The notes: generated by a model not told the origin, from the letters alone. A stretch of DNA of 64,000 bases from Hypanus sabinus (GCF_030144855.1 NC_082732.1:26350001-26414000), one strand, 5' to 3'; positions 49,901 through 63,161 are shown, counted from the first letter of the stretch. Program-made: numbers and translations.

Positions 49901-51204
49901 AAATATAAATGGGTGAGGTATCCTGTTCTTTTAATAACATTGTGGGTTATTTGATGTCACACAAGAAGGAGAGGGGCCAGAGTTTAAACCTGCATTTAAA
50001 AATCACCACTGGAAATACAGTGTGCACTCAGTACTACTTGGGTGTTGCGTGCTCTTTGGAACTGGGCTCAAATTTTACAACATATACCCATGACATTAAA
50101 CATGATTCTGATTCTAATCCACATTTAGATAAGGTGTGCACATTTTTACTTTGTGAAAATGAACATCCCAAAGCAGATTTCGCAAGCCTACATGGACATT
50201 CAATTGGATCCAAAGAAGCAACTTTCGGAGATATCCAGTTATTTTGTTCGATAACTTGAGCTTTTCTTTCATTAATAGTAATCAGAATATAGCCAGTGTA
50301 GAATAAAAGATTTAAGCACAAACTTCCCCAGGCTAAGAACACCCAACACATAGACACCCCATACATACACACAAACATTTGGGAAACTGGAGGGAACGAT
50401 GGGAATTGATTGGCCACCTTCTGTAGGGCTAGTCATCTTCTGCCTGGTGGGAATAGAATATATCTATGTGCCTTTCCTCACCTCCCAGACCATTCCACCC
50501 CCCCCCCCCCCCCACCCACCAACTCCGGGCTACAACAACCAGGGAATGAGTTGAGATGCACAGAGGTGGGAACGTGCAGCAGACTCACTCACTGAATCCG
50601 TGAAGCAGACTGGCAGCCACTCCTCCCACACCAGCTTGCTCTCCCATTACAACTGTTTCTGGGATCCTTTCCCACATACTGTTTCTGTTCATCTCTGACT
50701 TACTGAAAGTTCAGGCTATGAACAGGGCCCTGTTATATGTGGACTGCCTGTATAAGAAATTAGGAAGGGTGGGTGGTATAAGCAGCTTCAGCTGCCAGTA
50801 TATCGAGAATGTTAAAGAGAAAAAAAGGCAAAGTAGTAGCATGAAGTAGCAGAAGGGCTAATAGTAACTATTCAGAAATGGACAAGGCACATGAACACAC
50901 AAACCTCCAGAGCTGGGAAATCTAAATTGAAGTCTCTTTACCTGAAGAAATAGGGCATTCATAACAAGAACATTAAGTAATGATGAAATATGAGTAACGG
51001 TCTCTCCATAGACTGCAAAGGGACCAAAATGAGGAATTAAATATCCCAGGACTCCCATCTTTTAGAAAATGAAAATGGCAGGTAGACTTGGTATTAAAAT
51101 TGGATAAAAGTAGTCAAGAGAAAGAAACTTAGCTCAGGAAAATAAATGAATAAAAAATTAAGTTTAGATCAGAGTTAAAAAAACACAAAGGGACAGAAAG
51201 TAAT

Positions 51205-52430
51205 GTGCATGAACCACAAGAGGTTGCTTTGCAGGTGCAGCAGGCTATCAGGAAGGCAAATGAAATGTTAGAAGGGAGCTATTGCTAGAATGGGAGCTCT
51301 GCTCCCATTGCTAGAAGGGAGCAGAGGGGTTATGCTGCAAATGTACTGGGTACTGGTGAGGCCAGATCTGGAGGACTGCGTGCAGTTCTGGTCTCCTTAC
51401 TTGAAGAAGGATATACTGGCTTTGGAGGCAGTGCAGAGCAAGTTCACCAGGTTAATTCCAGAGATAAGGGGGTTTGACTAGGAGGAGACACTGAGTCACA
51501 TGGGACACTACTCAGGGACACAACTCACTGGAACTCAGAAGAATGAAAGATCTTATAGAAACATATAAAATTATGAAAAGGATAGATAAAATAGAGGCAA
51601 GTAAGTTGTTTCCACTGGTAAGTGAGACTAGAACTAGGGGACATTGAGAATGTGAAGAGGGTAAGGGGTATGTGTAGAAGGGATGGGCAAGGGGTAAGTG
51701 TAGCAAAATATGTAGACAGGACCAGGGGGAGGATACGTTATTGGGGGAGTAGCTAAGATAAGATTCCAGATAGCATGTGGCAACCACAAAGAAAAGGGAA
51801 CCTGCGACCACAAGACAATGTGTTTGGCGAAGTATTTTGAGCTATATACCTATTTCAAGTGTTTTGCTTGCGTCCATACCCATTCCGAGTATTACGCTTG
51901 TGTCTATGCTTATTCCGAGTATTTTGCGTGCTTAACTATGCAATAGCCAATCAATTGATGAATTCGAATCGGTAACCATATTTGTGAATGTAGTATCCTG
52001 CTTTTGGGTATAAGCATGACCTTCGTAAACCGACAAATTGGGAGTTGGCTACCTTACGCCCGAAGTGCATGGGGCTGCGAACTCCTCTCTGAATAAAAAC
52101 CATTTCAGAGGTAATTTCGTGTCTCTGGTGTTTTTCCTCAACTGAGCAGGTTAATAATTTCAGGTTAACAACATAGCCTCAGGATTTGGGGGAGTAAATT
52201 TAGGACAGAGATTAGGAGGAACTGCTTTTCCCAAAGTGTGGTGTATCTGTGGAATTCTCTGCCCAATGAAGCAGTCAGTAAATATATTTAAGACAAGGTT
52301 GGATAGATTTTTGCATAGTAAGGGAATTAAGGATTATGGAGAAAAGGTAGTTAGGTGAAGATGAGTCATGAATGGCAGAGCATGCTCAATGAGCCAGATG
52401 GCCTACTCCTGCTCCTATTTCTTAACTTCT
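51205..52430 (+). mobile_element. CR1 LINE 3' fragment interrupted by a solo LTR
   Basis: LVRPDLEDCVQFWSPYLKKDILALEAVQ; the element resumes after the LTR (actaggggacat|agcctcagg). Confidence 0.85.
51645..52170 (+). mobile_element. Solo LTR (526 bp)
   Basis: TG...CA ends, 4-bp TSD ACAT, TATAA near 52009, AATAAA at 52092-52097. Confidence 0.85.
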
Positions 52431-53472
52431 TAAATAATATGAAAATAAGACAAATCATACATAAATTCCTAAATAATAATGTTAATGAGGAGTCTAATAT
52501 AAATTAAGAAATCAGAAATATGTGTAATACGAGAATACTGTAATTTTGGAGGATATTACATATGCACTGGACAAAACAAATTAACAATAATAGCACATAG
52601 GATGACTGCAAAACATATTAGAGATCATCTTCTGGATTAAAATGTTGAAGTACTAATTAGGAAACAGACTAATTTTAGAATCAATATTGAGTAATGTAAA
52701 AGGTAGGTAAGTAGCCTCCAGGGAACTCTGATCGTAACAACATAGAATTAGAAAATATTGAAAATTTATTCAGCTATGAAATTACATTATTATGGCGAAT
52801 TGGAAAACTGTATGAAAAGGTATGACAGTAAGCTAGTAATACCCTACATCTGTATTCCTCTAGAACTAAAGAAAAGTGGTCAAGCAATTCTTTCAGAGGG
52901 GTTAAAAACCGTATTACATGAAAGGAAAAGCCTTACAATACCACAAAAAAGGCCTGAAAATTAAGAACATTTCAGGTAATAAAACTGAAATAAGATTTTC
53001 AGAAGTCCAGGAAGATAGGTTTGGTATAGGCAAGTAACTCAAGAGGTAACAGATCAGCTCTGGCCTTAATGAGCGGGGGAACAGACAAATGGCCACTCTT
53101 GTTTCTACTGCATATGTTGTTTAGTGTTTCATTTAGTTCCTGCAAAGTACAGCCACATTATCTCACCCTACTAATCTGTCATGATCCAGCATCTTACTTA
53201 CTTTGTTACCCTCTAGGATAGGTTGCAGTGCTCATCTTGTATCTGCATTTACAGATTAGTTATCAGTGCAGAACAATGCTTATCCAGGATGCTTACCAGG
53301 ATAATGTGGGGAAGGTTAGTTGCAGTAGAGAGCAAACTTCCCTACACCATACCAGCAAAAAACTTCTAGAGCAAATGCTCTATCGTTATAGGAAATGCTA
53401 AATGCATAGTATTAAATATCCCTCAGAGCAGGTAAAGTATTAATTTTGCTTTGGGATTAAAGATTTCCTTAC

Positions 53473-53544
53473 TGTTTTGTTCCTAGATGTCATGACAGCT
53501 GCCACCAATTTGTCACCACTTGTAGCAAAGGATGCAAGCACAGC
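53473..53544 (-). CDS. EMC1: EMC1 coding exon 9
   Basis: AVLASFATSGDKLVAAVMTSRNKT; 72 nt. Confidence 0.93.
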
Positions 53545-54873
53545 CTACAAAAAGGAACATAAGATAAAGCTTGAAAGAACAAGATTACAAATACCTTAAT
53601 AACATTCCATTTTGAATTACAAAATGGGAAACATCAGATTGCACAAGCAAGCCCAAGAACACTAACCTCCAAACCTACAACACTAACACACTTGCAAAAC
53701 TCCATATTATGATGGATTATCTTCGACCATTTACATCATACCATGGCTGTAAAAGCAGGCACAAGTGATTTACCTTCAAACCTCTAAAACCCCTCTCTAA
53801 CATCTGTGTAACTCATTGAGATGATGACAGAATACTCAGCACCGTTTGATGGGGTTTGATAGAGTGTTCACAAGTATGTTATCCAAAAATGGCCAGAAAA
53901 CCTGACTGGTACCCCTATGAATCAATGTGAAATCCACACTCCCAGGTCTCCAATCACCAGGAGCACAAGTAGTGATTATAGTCAAAAAGAAGTGTGATAG
54001 CACTTCTCCAAGGACACTATGTCAATAGAAGTACTAGCTAGTGAATACCCAGCCACAACCAAGGTCATGTCACTAGGACAGCGAGCTGCTTACTGCACTG
54101 TTTACCTGTGCTGAGTAATGCATACATCTTGAATACTTTATTAACTTATATGTGGCAATATTTTGTTTTATGTGCTGTGTGTGATATGTTTTCTGTGGGT
54201 GCACCGTAGTCCGGAGGAACATTGTTTCATTTGGTTGAACACATGTACAGTCAGACATTAATAAATTTGAACGTCATTGCCTCCAACCTATGTGTCATCC
54301 AACTTGAATGTATTAGTGCTCCTATATCATTAGTGGATCCCAAAACTCTTTCCCAACCGCTAATTCTGGAAACAATGTTACTGTAAAAGTTTCAAATAAT
54401 TCAAATAGAAACACAAGTACTTTCAAAGAGCAACTAGGATTGGCAATACGTGTGCCTTTGTCAATGGATCTCAATAAAATCTACATGTATACTAACATTT
54501 AAGTTACACTCAAAAATTGAACTTTAACCTTCACAATCCTCAAATTAACATTTTTAAAGTTTCTTGGAATAAACTTCATTCAAGCAACCCAGCAAGGATA
54601 AACCCTTCTCCCTGAAGCATACACAGACATATAGGCAAAAGAACAATTAAGATCAAGGTCATCTACAATGTGTTAAGTCCAAACCAATAACCATACTTTC
54701 CTCCAGTATAACAGTTGACCTTCAAAAGTACTACTAAAAAAATAAAATCAAATCCAGCCCAACTGAGGTCACTCAGTGATACTCGCCAAATAAGAGATAG
54801 CTGGGGTTATGGTCTCAGGTATCTATGGCAGAACATCAGCATTTACCTACATATACATTTTTATCATTCTCAC

Positions 54874-55041
54874 CTGTGCAAAGTCACGTAGCAGGCTGAC
54901 CACGCCATCATGGAAGTGTAATAATGCATAGTGAGTGCCTGACAACTGAAGGAAGAATTGAGTAGATGACGCCACCAGTGCTGATGACTGAATTGTTAAA
55001 ATTCTTCCCTCAAACTCCTCAGCAAGTTCCAGCTCTAGAGA
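54874..55041 (-). CDS. EMC1: EMC1 coding exon 8
   Basis: SLELELAEEFEGRILTIQ...QFFLQLSGTHYALLHFHDGVVSLLRDFAQ; 168 nt. Confidence 0.93.
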
Positions 55042-56113
55042 CTAGAGGGAGGATTGGAGTAAAAATAAAGGTAATGGTCAATTCTGATCACAACACCAAC
55101 ATCTCTTCCAAAACCTCTACTGAAATTATTGATATACAGTTTTACCCAGCAACAGTTAGCATCTTTTGCAGCAAAAAAAAAGATGCCCCTTTGGGTGATG
55201 GAAATTTGCCCTTACACAAGTCACAACCCAAAAATCTGAGATATGGTGTAAAATTTGCTCTCAAGGAATCTGAGTGAAAAACAAAATTATTTTTCAACCG
55301 ATGCTTGACACATATGCAGATGAGACTGCTCACATTACAGAAAATCACAAGTTCTTTAAGAATGCAACAATTCCAAAAGAATTCATCTGTAATAAAGTAT
55401 TCCACGTATATAACCAGAACATTATTAGTTCCGCAAGTGAAATATTAAATAGCATTTGCTACATGATAAAAACGTATACAAGAAAAAGCACTAACCAGAT
55501 GCAAATAGAGGATTGCTCCCACTACTGGACTGTTGTGGAAGGGCAAAGTTCTAACACTAACCAGATGTGGAAAGATATGAGCTCCCACAACTGGCCAGGG
55601 GAAGATGCCAAGTCCCATCATTGTCAGATAATATCTATGGGCATATGATCACCTTAATGAAGAAGACGCATGATACTAATCCTGAGCCAGTTGTGAAAGA
55701 ATGTAGGAAGGATCATGTTAATGACAAGATATATGAAAGTAACAGTTCACAACATTGGCAAGGATTCGGTCATTGTTCAGATGTGGAAAGAGGCAGTCTC
55801 CTATCGCAGGTGGTCATAATGGGGAGACAATAAATATAGGACAGACTCGCCCTCAAACAGAAGAGGACAAGTATGTCCTTCATCTCCATGGATCACATTC
55901 GCACTTTGAAAGGGCTGTGACAAGATGCCCACTCTTCAGGAAATAGCAAACACAATCATGACAAAGGGAGCAAAATTGTTCTATAGAATTATAAATAAAA
56001 AAGAAAGTCCAATACTCGCTGTACCCAAGAGAACTAGTAAAGCTCAAGGGGATATCTGAATGTTTATTAAAGAATCTCCATCTCAGTCTGGCAACAGAAT
56101 GCCAAATCCTCAC

Positions 56114-56263
56114 CTGTAAAGCAACCTGCACAGACTCTTGTTCAGATTCCAATGGCAAAGTCCAGAGTGAATGAGATCCAGAGTCTATGCATATCAAGAC
56201 TCCAGTCCCAACAATTCCACAAACATTACGCAAACGTTGGATCCAAGGAGTTGATACAGTCAC
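56114..56263 (-). CDS. EMC1: EMC1 coding exon 7
   Basis: VTVSTPWIQRLRNVCGIVGTGVLICIDSGSHSLWTLPLESEQESVQVALQ; 150 nt. Confidence 0.94.
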
Positions 56264-57078
56264 CTGCAAAGAGAAAGTGGAAACTTGTCATTCAGAAAAT
56301 ATATACCATTAACTAATCTCTTTGGAAAGGTTAATCGTAATCTCCAATTTGATACACCCAAATATATGAAGTTAACTAAAATACCAAATTCAATTATATC
56401 ACCTGCACCCACAACATCCATCAAATCCTGGTCCAAGTCTTCTCAAAGTAAAAAAGAGCTGAGGGATTCTGCAACAGGTTTATTAAATTAGATTGTTGGT
56501 ATGACCAATGACTGAACACAAAAGGACCCAGCAGGTGGAACATATAATCTACCTCAGAGAGGAGATTAGGATGAATACCTAATTATTAGCCAATAATTCA
56601 GAGTGCCCAAATGGGCATAATCAGGCAGTGTGCTTGGAAGGATGGAACAAACTCTGACTGGAATTACGGTATGATGAAAATAGAGGTACAAAATGAAATT
56701 AGTCATGTTAAGAATGTCCACTTGGGTATAATGACAATACATGATACATCCTGCACGGAGTCAACTAAGTAGGGGAGAAAAATAAATTGAGGGAAAAGAA
56801 GAAAACGTACACAATGTACGATTATATTTTATGCTCTAGCAACCACCCAGAGCAATGACCTACAGTAGGTTCAATTAGGAGTGAATCACAGATCTGAAAT
56901 TAACCCAAATTAGTATCATAGAGAGCATCCGCAGCCTTCCGTCAACCTATACCATTAAATTTAGGCTACCCTCTCCGTCCTCAAAGATCTTTACACACAC
57001 CAGTTCTTTTTCCAATTCAATGCAAATGATTACATTCTCTTTCACTGAACTCTCATTTTCAAACCTGCTCACTCGCAC

Positions 57079-57205
57079 CTGTTGGATGATCTTTCCGTCA
57101 TTAATGTCGTACTGAATTATGACAAGATGAGAGCCAGCAACCATTCCCACCACGTACAGTGTACCACCTCCTCCCGAGTAAAGCAGCTCATAATGGACAG
57201 TATCA
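57079..57205 (-). CDS. EMC1: EMC1 coding exon 6
   Basis: SDTVHYELLYSGGGGTLYVVGMVAGSHLVIIQYDINDGKIIQQ; 127 nt. Confidence 0.93.
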
Positions 57206-57877
57206 CTGGGGAGGAAACAGAAATACTTGGTAAACTCACACAAAGGGTCTCAGGTGTCTCGCCATCCTTAACCACACAATCAAATAGACCAAGAGATCCT
57301 CCTGTCTTTAACCACACACTCAATTTTAATACAAGACGTACAGTCAACTGCACAACTACTACAGTCATCACCATCCTGTTATTCTCACAAGTGTAGGTGG
57401 CTGGACTGAGTATTGCAGCCTTCATCGGGGTGGTAATTCCCAGTGAGCATGATGGCACTTACATTCCTTACAGCAGCTACTCCTACCACAGAGATCAGAT
57501 TGAAGAGCTAACAAACAAAGCAGAAGCGCTAAAATAAAGCAATATACATCGCTCATTTGAAATAAGCCATTAGATTGAAAGTGCAGGGTCTGTGAGACAC
57601 ATCACTTGGAACATCTGATGACTGATCTTCTATTCAGCTAATCTCCGTATGTTGTATGTTAGCTGTGGCTCACTTTCATTTCCAAGTCAGAAGACCCCAC
57701 TTTTATTTGCTGCTATAGACACTTTAACACAAAGCTTTTGGGTCATACTTCACAGTTCTGGGAGAGAGCTACACTGTTGGAAATATCACTTTTCAGATAG
57801 CACAGTAAATCAAGGTCTCTTTCTGCTTTCTCAGACAGACATTAAATATCCCACGGCCATTTTTCCAAAGCAAGGAG

Positions 57878-58803
57878 TGGGGTAGCCAACCTTTTTTGCT
57901 CCGTGGACCAGTTTAATATTGACAATATTCTTGCGGACCGGCCAACGGGGAGGGGGATGTGGAAGTGTTAATCACTACCAGAATATAGGTGATAAGTCAA
58001 CTATAAGTCACTTATAAGTGGCTAATACACTCAATTTCATTTCTAAAAGCATTTATCTAACGAATTTAATATTAAACACAGTGCATATTTTCCTCGCATG
58101 AATATAGTGATAAATCAATTATAACTCACTTATAAGTCAATAGCATCATAACATTTTAGTTAACGTTTGGATATTAAACACACAGCGCATATTTTCCTCG
58201 TATGAACATATAAAATCATTGCAACACACCAGTAAGAGAACAAGGCGAGGGCTGGAGGTCCCCGTACAGGGGCCACAGCAGTTGCAGTCCAGAGAGAGCG
58301 AGTGACTGACCAAGCGAGGAGTGCGACAGGGCGTGCGCCTGCCCCCCCCTTGTAGGTCAGTAGGATCTATCGGCTGACAAAAGTTTAACTCGAGGGATGA
58401 CTTTCAGTAGATCGCAGTGAGGTAGCTGCTCTGCTACTTACGAAACCTTGAGCCCGAATTAGGTCGTCTGCGAATATTTTAGCACCGGGTTCCCCACGAA
58501 CATTCGGAGTGCTGAACAGGTTTAGAAGCAGCGGCCATCTGTCCGCGCTCCAGACCAGTAGCAACGGCACTTCGTGCTGGCCGCGAGGCCGCTGGTTACC
58601 CGAAGTCAACCAGTGATCCCTGGCGCAAGGGTATCACTGCGTTTAGGCAACTGATGACTTTGCATGCATTCAAGTTCAACAGTGGGCATGACAGGGAATG
58701 AGGAAAGGTGGAGCTGCCTCGTATCGTTTTATATTCCCAAATCATATCGTTTCCTCGCAGACCGATAGCACATGCTTTGCGGCCCGGTGGTTGGGGACCA
58801 CTG
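57878..58803. mobile_element. Non-autonomous hAT (Charlie-like) DNA transposon
   Basis: TIRs tggggtagccaacc / ggttggggaccactg; near-perfect 8-bp TSD GCAAGGAG / GCAAAGAG; CpG-rich interior; internal tandem duplication at about 58000-58210. Confidence 0.85.
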
Positions 58804-59279
58804 GCAAAGAGGAAGTATCACTTTTTTTCGTCTTCACTAAGCTTTTTCATTCAATTAAGATTTCATGTTACCAACATATTGCTGCGAGCAAGAGCTTTCA
58901 CCAATTTCCAACATAACAATACACATCATATGCAGCACACAGAAAATGCTAAAGGAACTCAGCAATTCAGGCAGCATCTATGGAAATGGTTGACGTTTTG
59001 GGCCAAGACCCTTCTACACATCAGATACCTCACTTTACCATGAAAGCTGGGAATCATCTTTGGATTGTTCTCAGAGCAATGCACATTTTATTTTTCAAAA
59101 ATCAAGGTAAATATCTATTATTAGGAATTGCATTTGAGCATGCTAATCATTCAACGTGTCTCTCCAATAATAAATACTTCTCTCCAAATGTTCTCCTTTA
59201 TTGTCCTACCTCTGTTTACATCAACAGTAGAATGGTTAATCAGCAAGTCACTAAAATATTTCACATGCAATCTCTGTAC

Positions 59280-59408
59280 CTTTCTGGTAAAGCTTCAATC
59301 CATTTCTGATGTCCGTTTGAGAGATAGTGGAGGGAAATGGATGTCTTCTTGACAATGGTGATGAATTTGGCTCCTTCAACAGAGCCAATAAGAGAACCAG
59401 CCTGAAAA
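59280..59408 (-). CDS. EMC1: EMC1 coding exon 5
   Basis: SFQAGSLIGSVEGAKFITIVKKTSISLHYLSNGHQKWIEALPE; 129 nt. Confidence 0.94.
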
Positions 59409-59914
59409 CTGAAACAGCATTTTTTAATATATTAGACAAGCTGCAATGATGAGCCCAAATCCCTTCACCAGCTAAACAACGAATTACCTTAATATTAAAA
59501 CAATACCTATTAAAGGATAACCAGGAACATCTTATTTAAAACATAAATGCCCCTCCGTTACATGCAACTCATTCTGCAGTAGTTGTTGGTTGTTTTCAAA
59601 TTATTAGTTTCACCTTGACAAGAGTTCCATTCAGTTTTGGATGTTACACATTCCTTAAATTCTTGGCTAAGCAACACTGAGACAGTCCAATACAACAAAC
59701 TGTATTTCATTTTGCACATTCAACCTTCAAATATAATTAATGGGAAACACTGGAAAAAACCACATCAATACGTTTCCCCCCCCCCCCCCAGTTTTCCTCT
59801 CTCTACCTCAGAACATGTTGGCTCAGTGCCAAAGGGCCTCCATTAATTCAGGTGGATATGGGTGACGAGCAAAAACGAAATTTGGCAAGTCAGTATTCCC
59901 CCTTATTGGTATTT

Positions 59915-60260
59915 GGGTGGTGGGGTGGAGATAACTTATTTACCAAAGGAGGTGTAAGGCACTGCTTCCCTCTGCTAGGGTGCAGGTCACCCTTGGGCAA
60001 GGTGTAGCATCTGTTTAGCCCCCTGATCAGGTGGTGGATGGTTGTATGAGCAGCCGGTGCACATCACAGGTCCTGGGTATGCAACCTCTGACAACAGGCA
60101 GACAATCCCTAAGGAGTATTGATAATGGCTGGGATCACCCATCTTGTAAAGATACTGCCCAAAAGAAGGCAATGGAAAACCATTCTGTAGAAATATTTGC
60201 AAGAGCAATCACGATCATTGACCATAATTGCCCACATCATACATGGCACACAACAATGAT
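59915..60260 (+). mobile_element. SINE-like repeat with RTE-type 3' tail
   Basis: gaaggcaatggaaaaccattctgtag tail motif; family assignment tentative. Confidence 0.5.
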
Positions 60261-60434
60261 TAGTATCACATTACTATCCACTACACAACAAATAACCACA
60301 ATCCCACAGATTGAAATATTATTAACAAATAAATATAAGAAACAATTGTTCTCAATGATGCAATTGAATTGCTACAGGTGAATCACTCCTTTGTTACATT
60401 GGATGTCAACACTACAGGGACAGATTGATCTCAC

Positions 60435-60528
60435 CTGCCAATCTCAAGCAGGAATTCCCAGTTCAAACCACCAATGTTCGTATCCCACGAGCGCAACAAT
60501 CGCCCTCCTCCTGATACAGTCACTGCAT
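60435..60528 (-). CDS. EMC1: EMC1 coding exon 4
   Basis: [31 protein letters not shown]; 94 nt. Confidence 0.95.
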
Positions 60529-60664
60529 CTGTGGGAATGGTAATAAATCAATTAGCATTCACTGAAAGCTTTCTCCACATTTGAAATAAATAGTGTATTG
60601 AGTAATCAAGCTAAAAAAGACATCTGTCCATTTTTTTTTTAACCCCAACAGAGTGGTCAAGTAA

Positions 60665-61100
60665 CTGGACTCAAAAACAGTTGCTTTCCCGGAGCCATCA
60701 GACTGATCAACACCTCCACCCATTAACCCACCCACAACCACCACATACATATCCCCTAACATAACTTTTTTTACATACAAATCAGTCAGGACACCTCTTT
60801 TTCCCTTATTAGGGAGACAGAGAGCGAGCCTGCGGTATGTCAAGTTACCAGGTGAACGAGTAGTCTTTGGGGTACTACAAAGACTGTGTCCTTATTGATG
60901 CTTTGCTGCACACTTGAGTGTTCGGTGGGTGGGTGGGGGGGGTCACTGTTGCTTTTTGCTGGAGGGGGGAGTTGGTGGGGGCTTTGGGATTCTAACATTT
61001 AACAGTCATTCGTTCTTTGGGGCACTCCCCGGTTTACGCGAATGTTTGCGAAGAATTTCAGGATGTACATTGTATACATTTCTCTGATATTAAATGTATC
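60665..61100 (+). mobile_element. LINE 3' tail fragment (Rex1-like)
   Basis: ggactcaaaaacag..gccatcagactgatcaac ... ctctgatattaaa. Confidence 0.55.
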
Positions 61101-61612
61101 TATTGTATATATGAATTGCTTTTTCACAGGATTGCTTTTATGTTTATTTTTATCATGATATTTTACTATTGCATGTTCTTTAAGCTTATAGTGTTTTTTA
61201 TGCTGCATCAGATTCAGAGTTAATTATTTTCCTCTCCTTTACACTCGTGTACAGGACAAAACACAATCTTGAATCTTGCAGTTCATTTTCTACTTGTATT
61301 TCTGAATTTATTCCCTCTATCGCTTTTTCCATATCCCACCACACTATCTACCCCAGTTCAGAAATCAATAATTTCATTCTAATATATCTGGGACTGACTG
61401 CAATAGATTGCAATTCAATACTCTGGGAATATCAAGATTGCATGCTACTAAAATTAGATTCATGGTGATATTTGTAACAAGGTTGAGTAAAGTTCAATGA
61501 GTTTACAACGATGAAATATTTATGTCACAATTTAAGTATGAATTGAACCCATGAATCCCTTAGAGATTTCACAGGTGCTTGGAGAGAGAGAAAAAAAAAC
61601 TTGCTCACTCAC

Positions 61613-61678
61613 CCTGCCCATAAAATAACAGTTGATCCACATTCCCCTCAGGGCCTTCTTTATCCACCTGACGCCAAA
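61613..61678 (-). CDS. EMC1: EMC1 coding exon 3
   Basis: FWRQVDKEGPEGNVDQLLFYGQ; 66 nt. Confidence 0.94.
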
Positions 61679-61797
61679 CTGCAAAAGGAAAAACAACACT
61701 GGAAACGGTGACAGTTTGCAATCTGGAAGAAAAGCTGACACTTTGCAATCCAACAGAAAACAACCGATTACAGCAACGTCAGTTCCACATCACTCAC

Positions 61798-61925
61798 AGA
61801 TTTCTCCGGTCCTCAAGTTGAGAGAAGCAATCACATTATTTTCTGTTACAACCACAAGTTTCTTTGCGCTCTGTGTAGGAGTATCAAAATAGGCAAACCG
61901 GGGTTTCCCAACATACTGTCGCCGC
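61798..61925 (-). CDS. EMC1: EMC1 coding exon 2
   Basis: [42 protein letters not shown]; 128 nt. Confidence 0.95.
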
Positions 61926-62557
61926 CTTTAATTAAAACAGAAGCAGTGCAGTAGAGACAAAATACTGGTTAGGTCTTTTAGAGTAGTGGAAACATTGACA
62001 ACATTAACTCAGAGTGCCAATAGCCCCATTGTGTCTTAATTAATTTGAAAAAACTATTTATTACCATTTCCTTGCATTTTTTACGAAATTTGCTAACTCA
62101 TTTTCAAAATCTCCCACTGAATTGTATCTCACTATCCGTTCCAGATTATAACATACTGTGTGTATTTACTAATCTACGGCATCTTGTCATTGGAAGCAGA
62201 TGTTCTATGCCTACTTTCTGTGTCTCTATTCCAAAACAACCTTTAAAATTGGATCATTCAGTGCATACCACCTCACAACTGACTTTCCAAAGTGCTTTGA
62301 GCTTTCCTTGTAGGACGCTGCCGAAGCCAAACTGGTGGGACTTCCAGTAAATCAATGACACCACCAGTGTCACGGCTGCTGCCCTGCCCGTATTGCAAAT
62401 GTCTCCAACAGTAGCACCTGAAGAGGAGAAATCGCCCGCGCCGCACCGGCCAGTTCTCTCCGCTTTCCACATCGTAATCTTCGAAATACTAAGTTGACCC
62501 GCCTTCATCACAATCGCACCAGCCCTAGAGTAATGCCCTCTCCCCTCAGCGACTCAC

Positions 62558-62646
62558 CAGTCGAACTTCCCGACCTGATCTTCATAAATCGCCGCTGAAA
62601 ACTCAAAGAGAGCGAGAAAGAACCAAACCCAACAGAGAACCACCAT
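62558..62646 (-). CDS. EMC1: EMC1 coding exon 1 (signal peptide); an alternative in-frame ATG lies at 62685
   Basis: MVVLCWVWFFLALFEFSAAIYEDQVGKFDW; donor gtgagt. Confidence 0.92.
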
Positions 62647-63161
62647 CACGCCCCGGTCCTCCAATATCCCAGAGAGCACTGGCATCCGGGCCCCCACGTG
62701 CCGGGGCAATCGAGACCTCCTCTATCCCAGTACACACAGCGTTCCGAGTCCTCCAATCGCCCAGAACGGACAAGAATTCGAGACCTCCGGCTTCCCAGAG
62801 AGCAAAGGGAGCGAAGTCAGGAGTCTCACTGTGAGTGGAGTTGAGTTGATCCATTTGCCCGATCTTAAATAAAACCACATGGTCCTAGATTCCCACTTGG
62901 GAAATATTTGTATTAGTTGACAAATAAACTGACAAACATGTGTCGCATTGGTTCAAGACCCAACTTTTAATGGCTTCAGTGCTGGGTAGGAGACACGAGG
63001 TTTCCTGATTCGGCAGTAGGGGGGCGAACTGAACGGTTCGGTTGGCCGGAGTACCGGAGAGTGACCACCAGCGACAGACCGGACCAGTACACCCGGCCTC
63101 CGGGGCAGCCACAGCTCCGATCCGTGCGCCTCGCCGCTGAAGCAGGAGCAGCGCTGCCGCC

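Noticed and set aside
50583-50700. Possible EMC1 exon ending LPVCFTDS with a gtgagt donor
   Set aside because: In-frame stop upstream and no polypyrimidine acceptor.
55274-55648. 124-aa plus-strand ORF
   Set aside because: Non-ATG start, no recognisable domain, antisense intronic.
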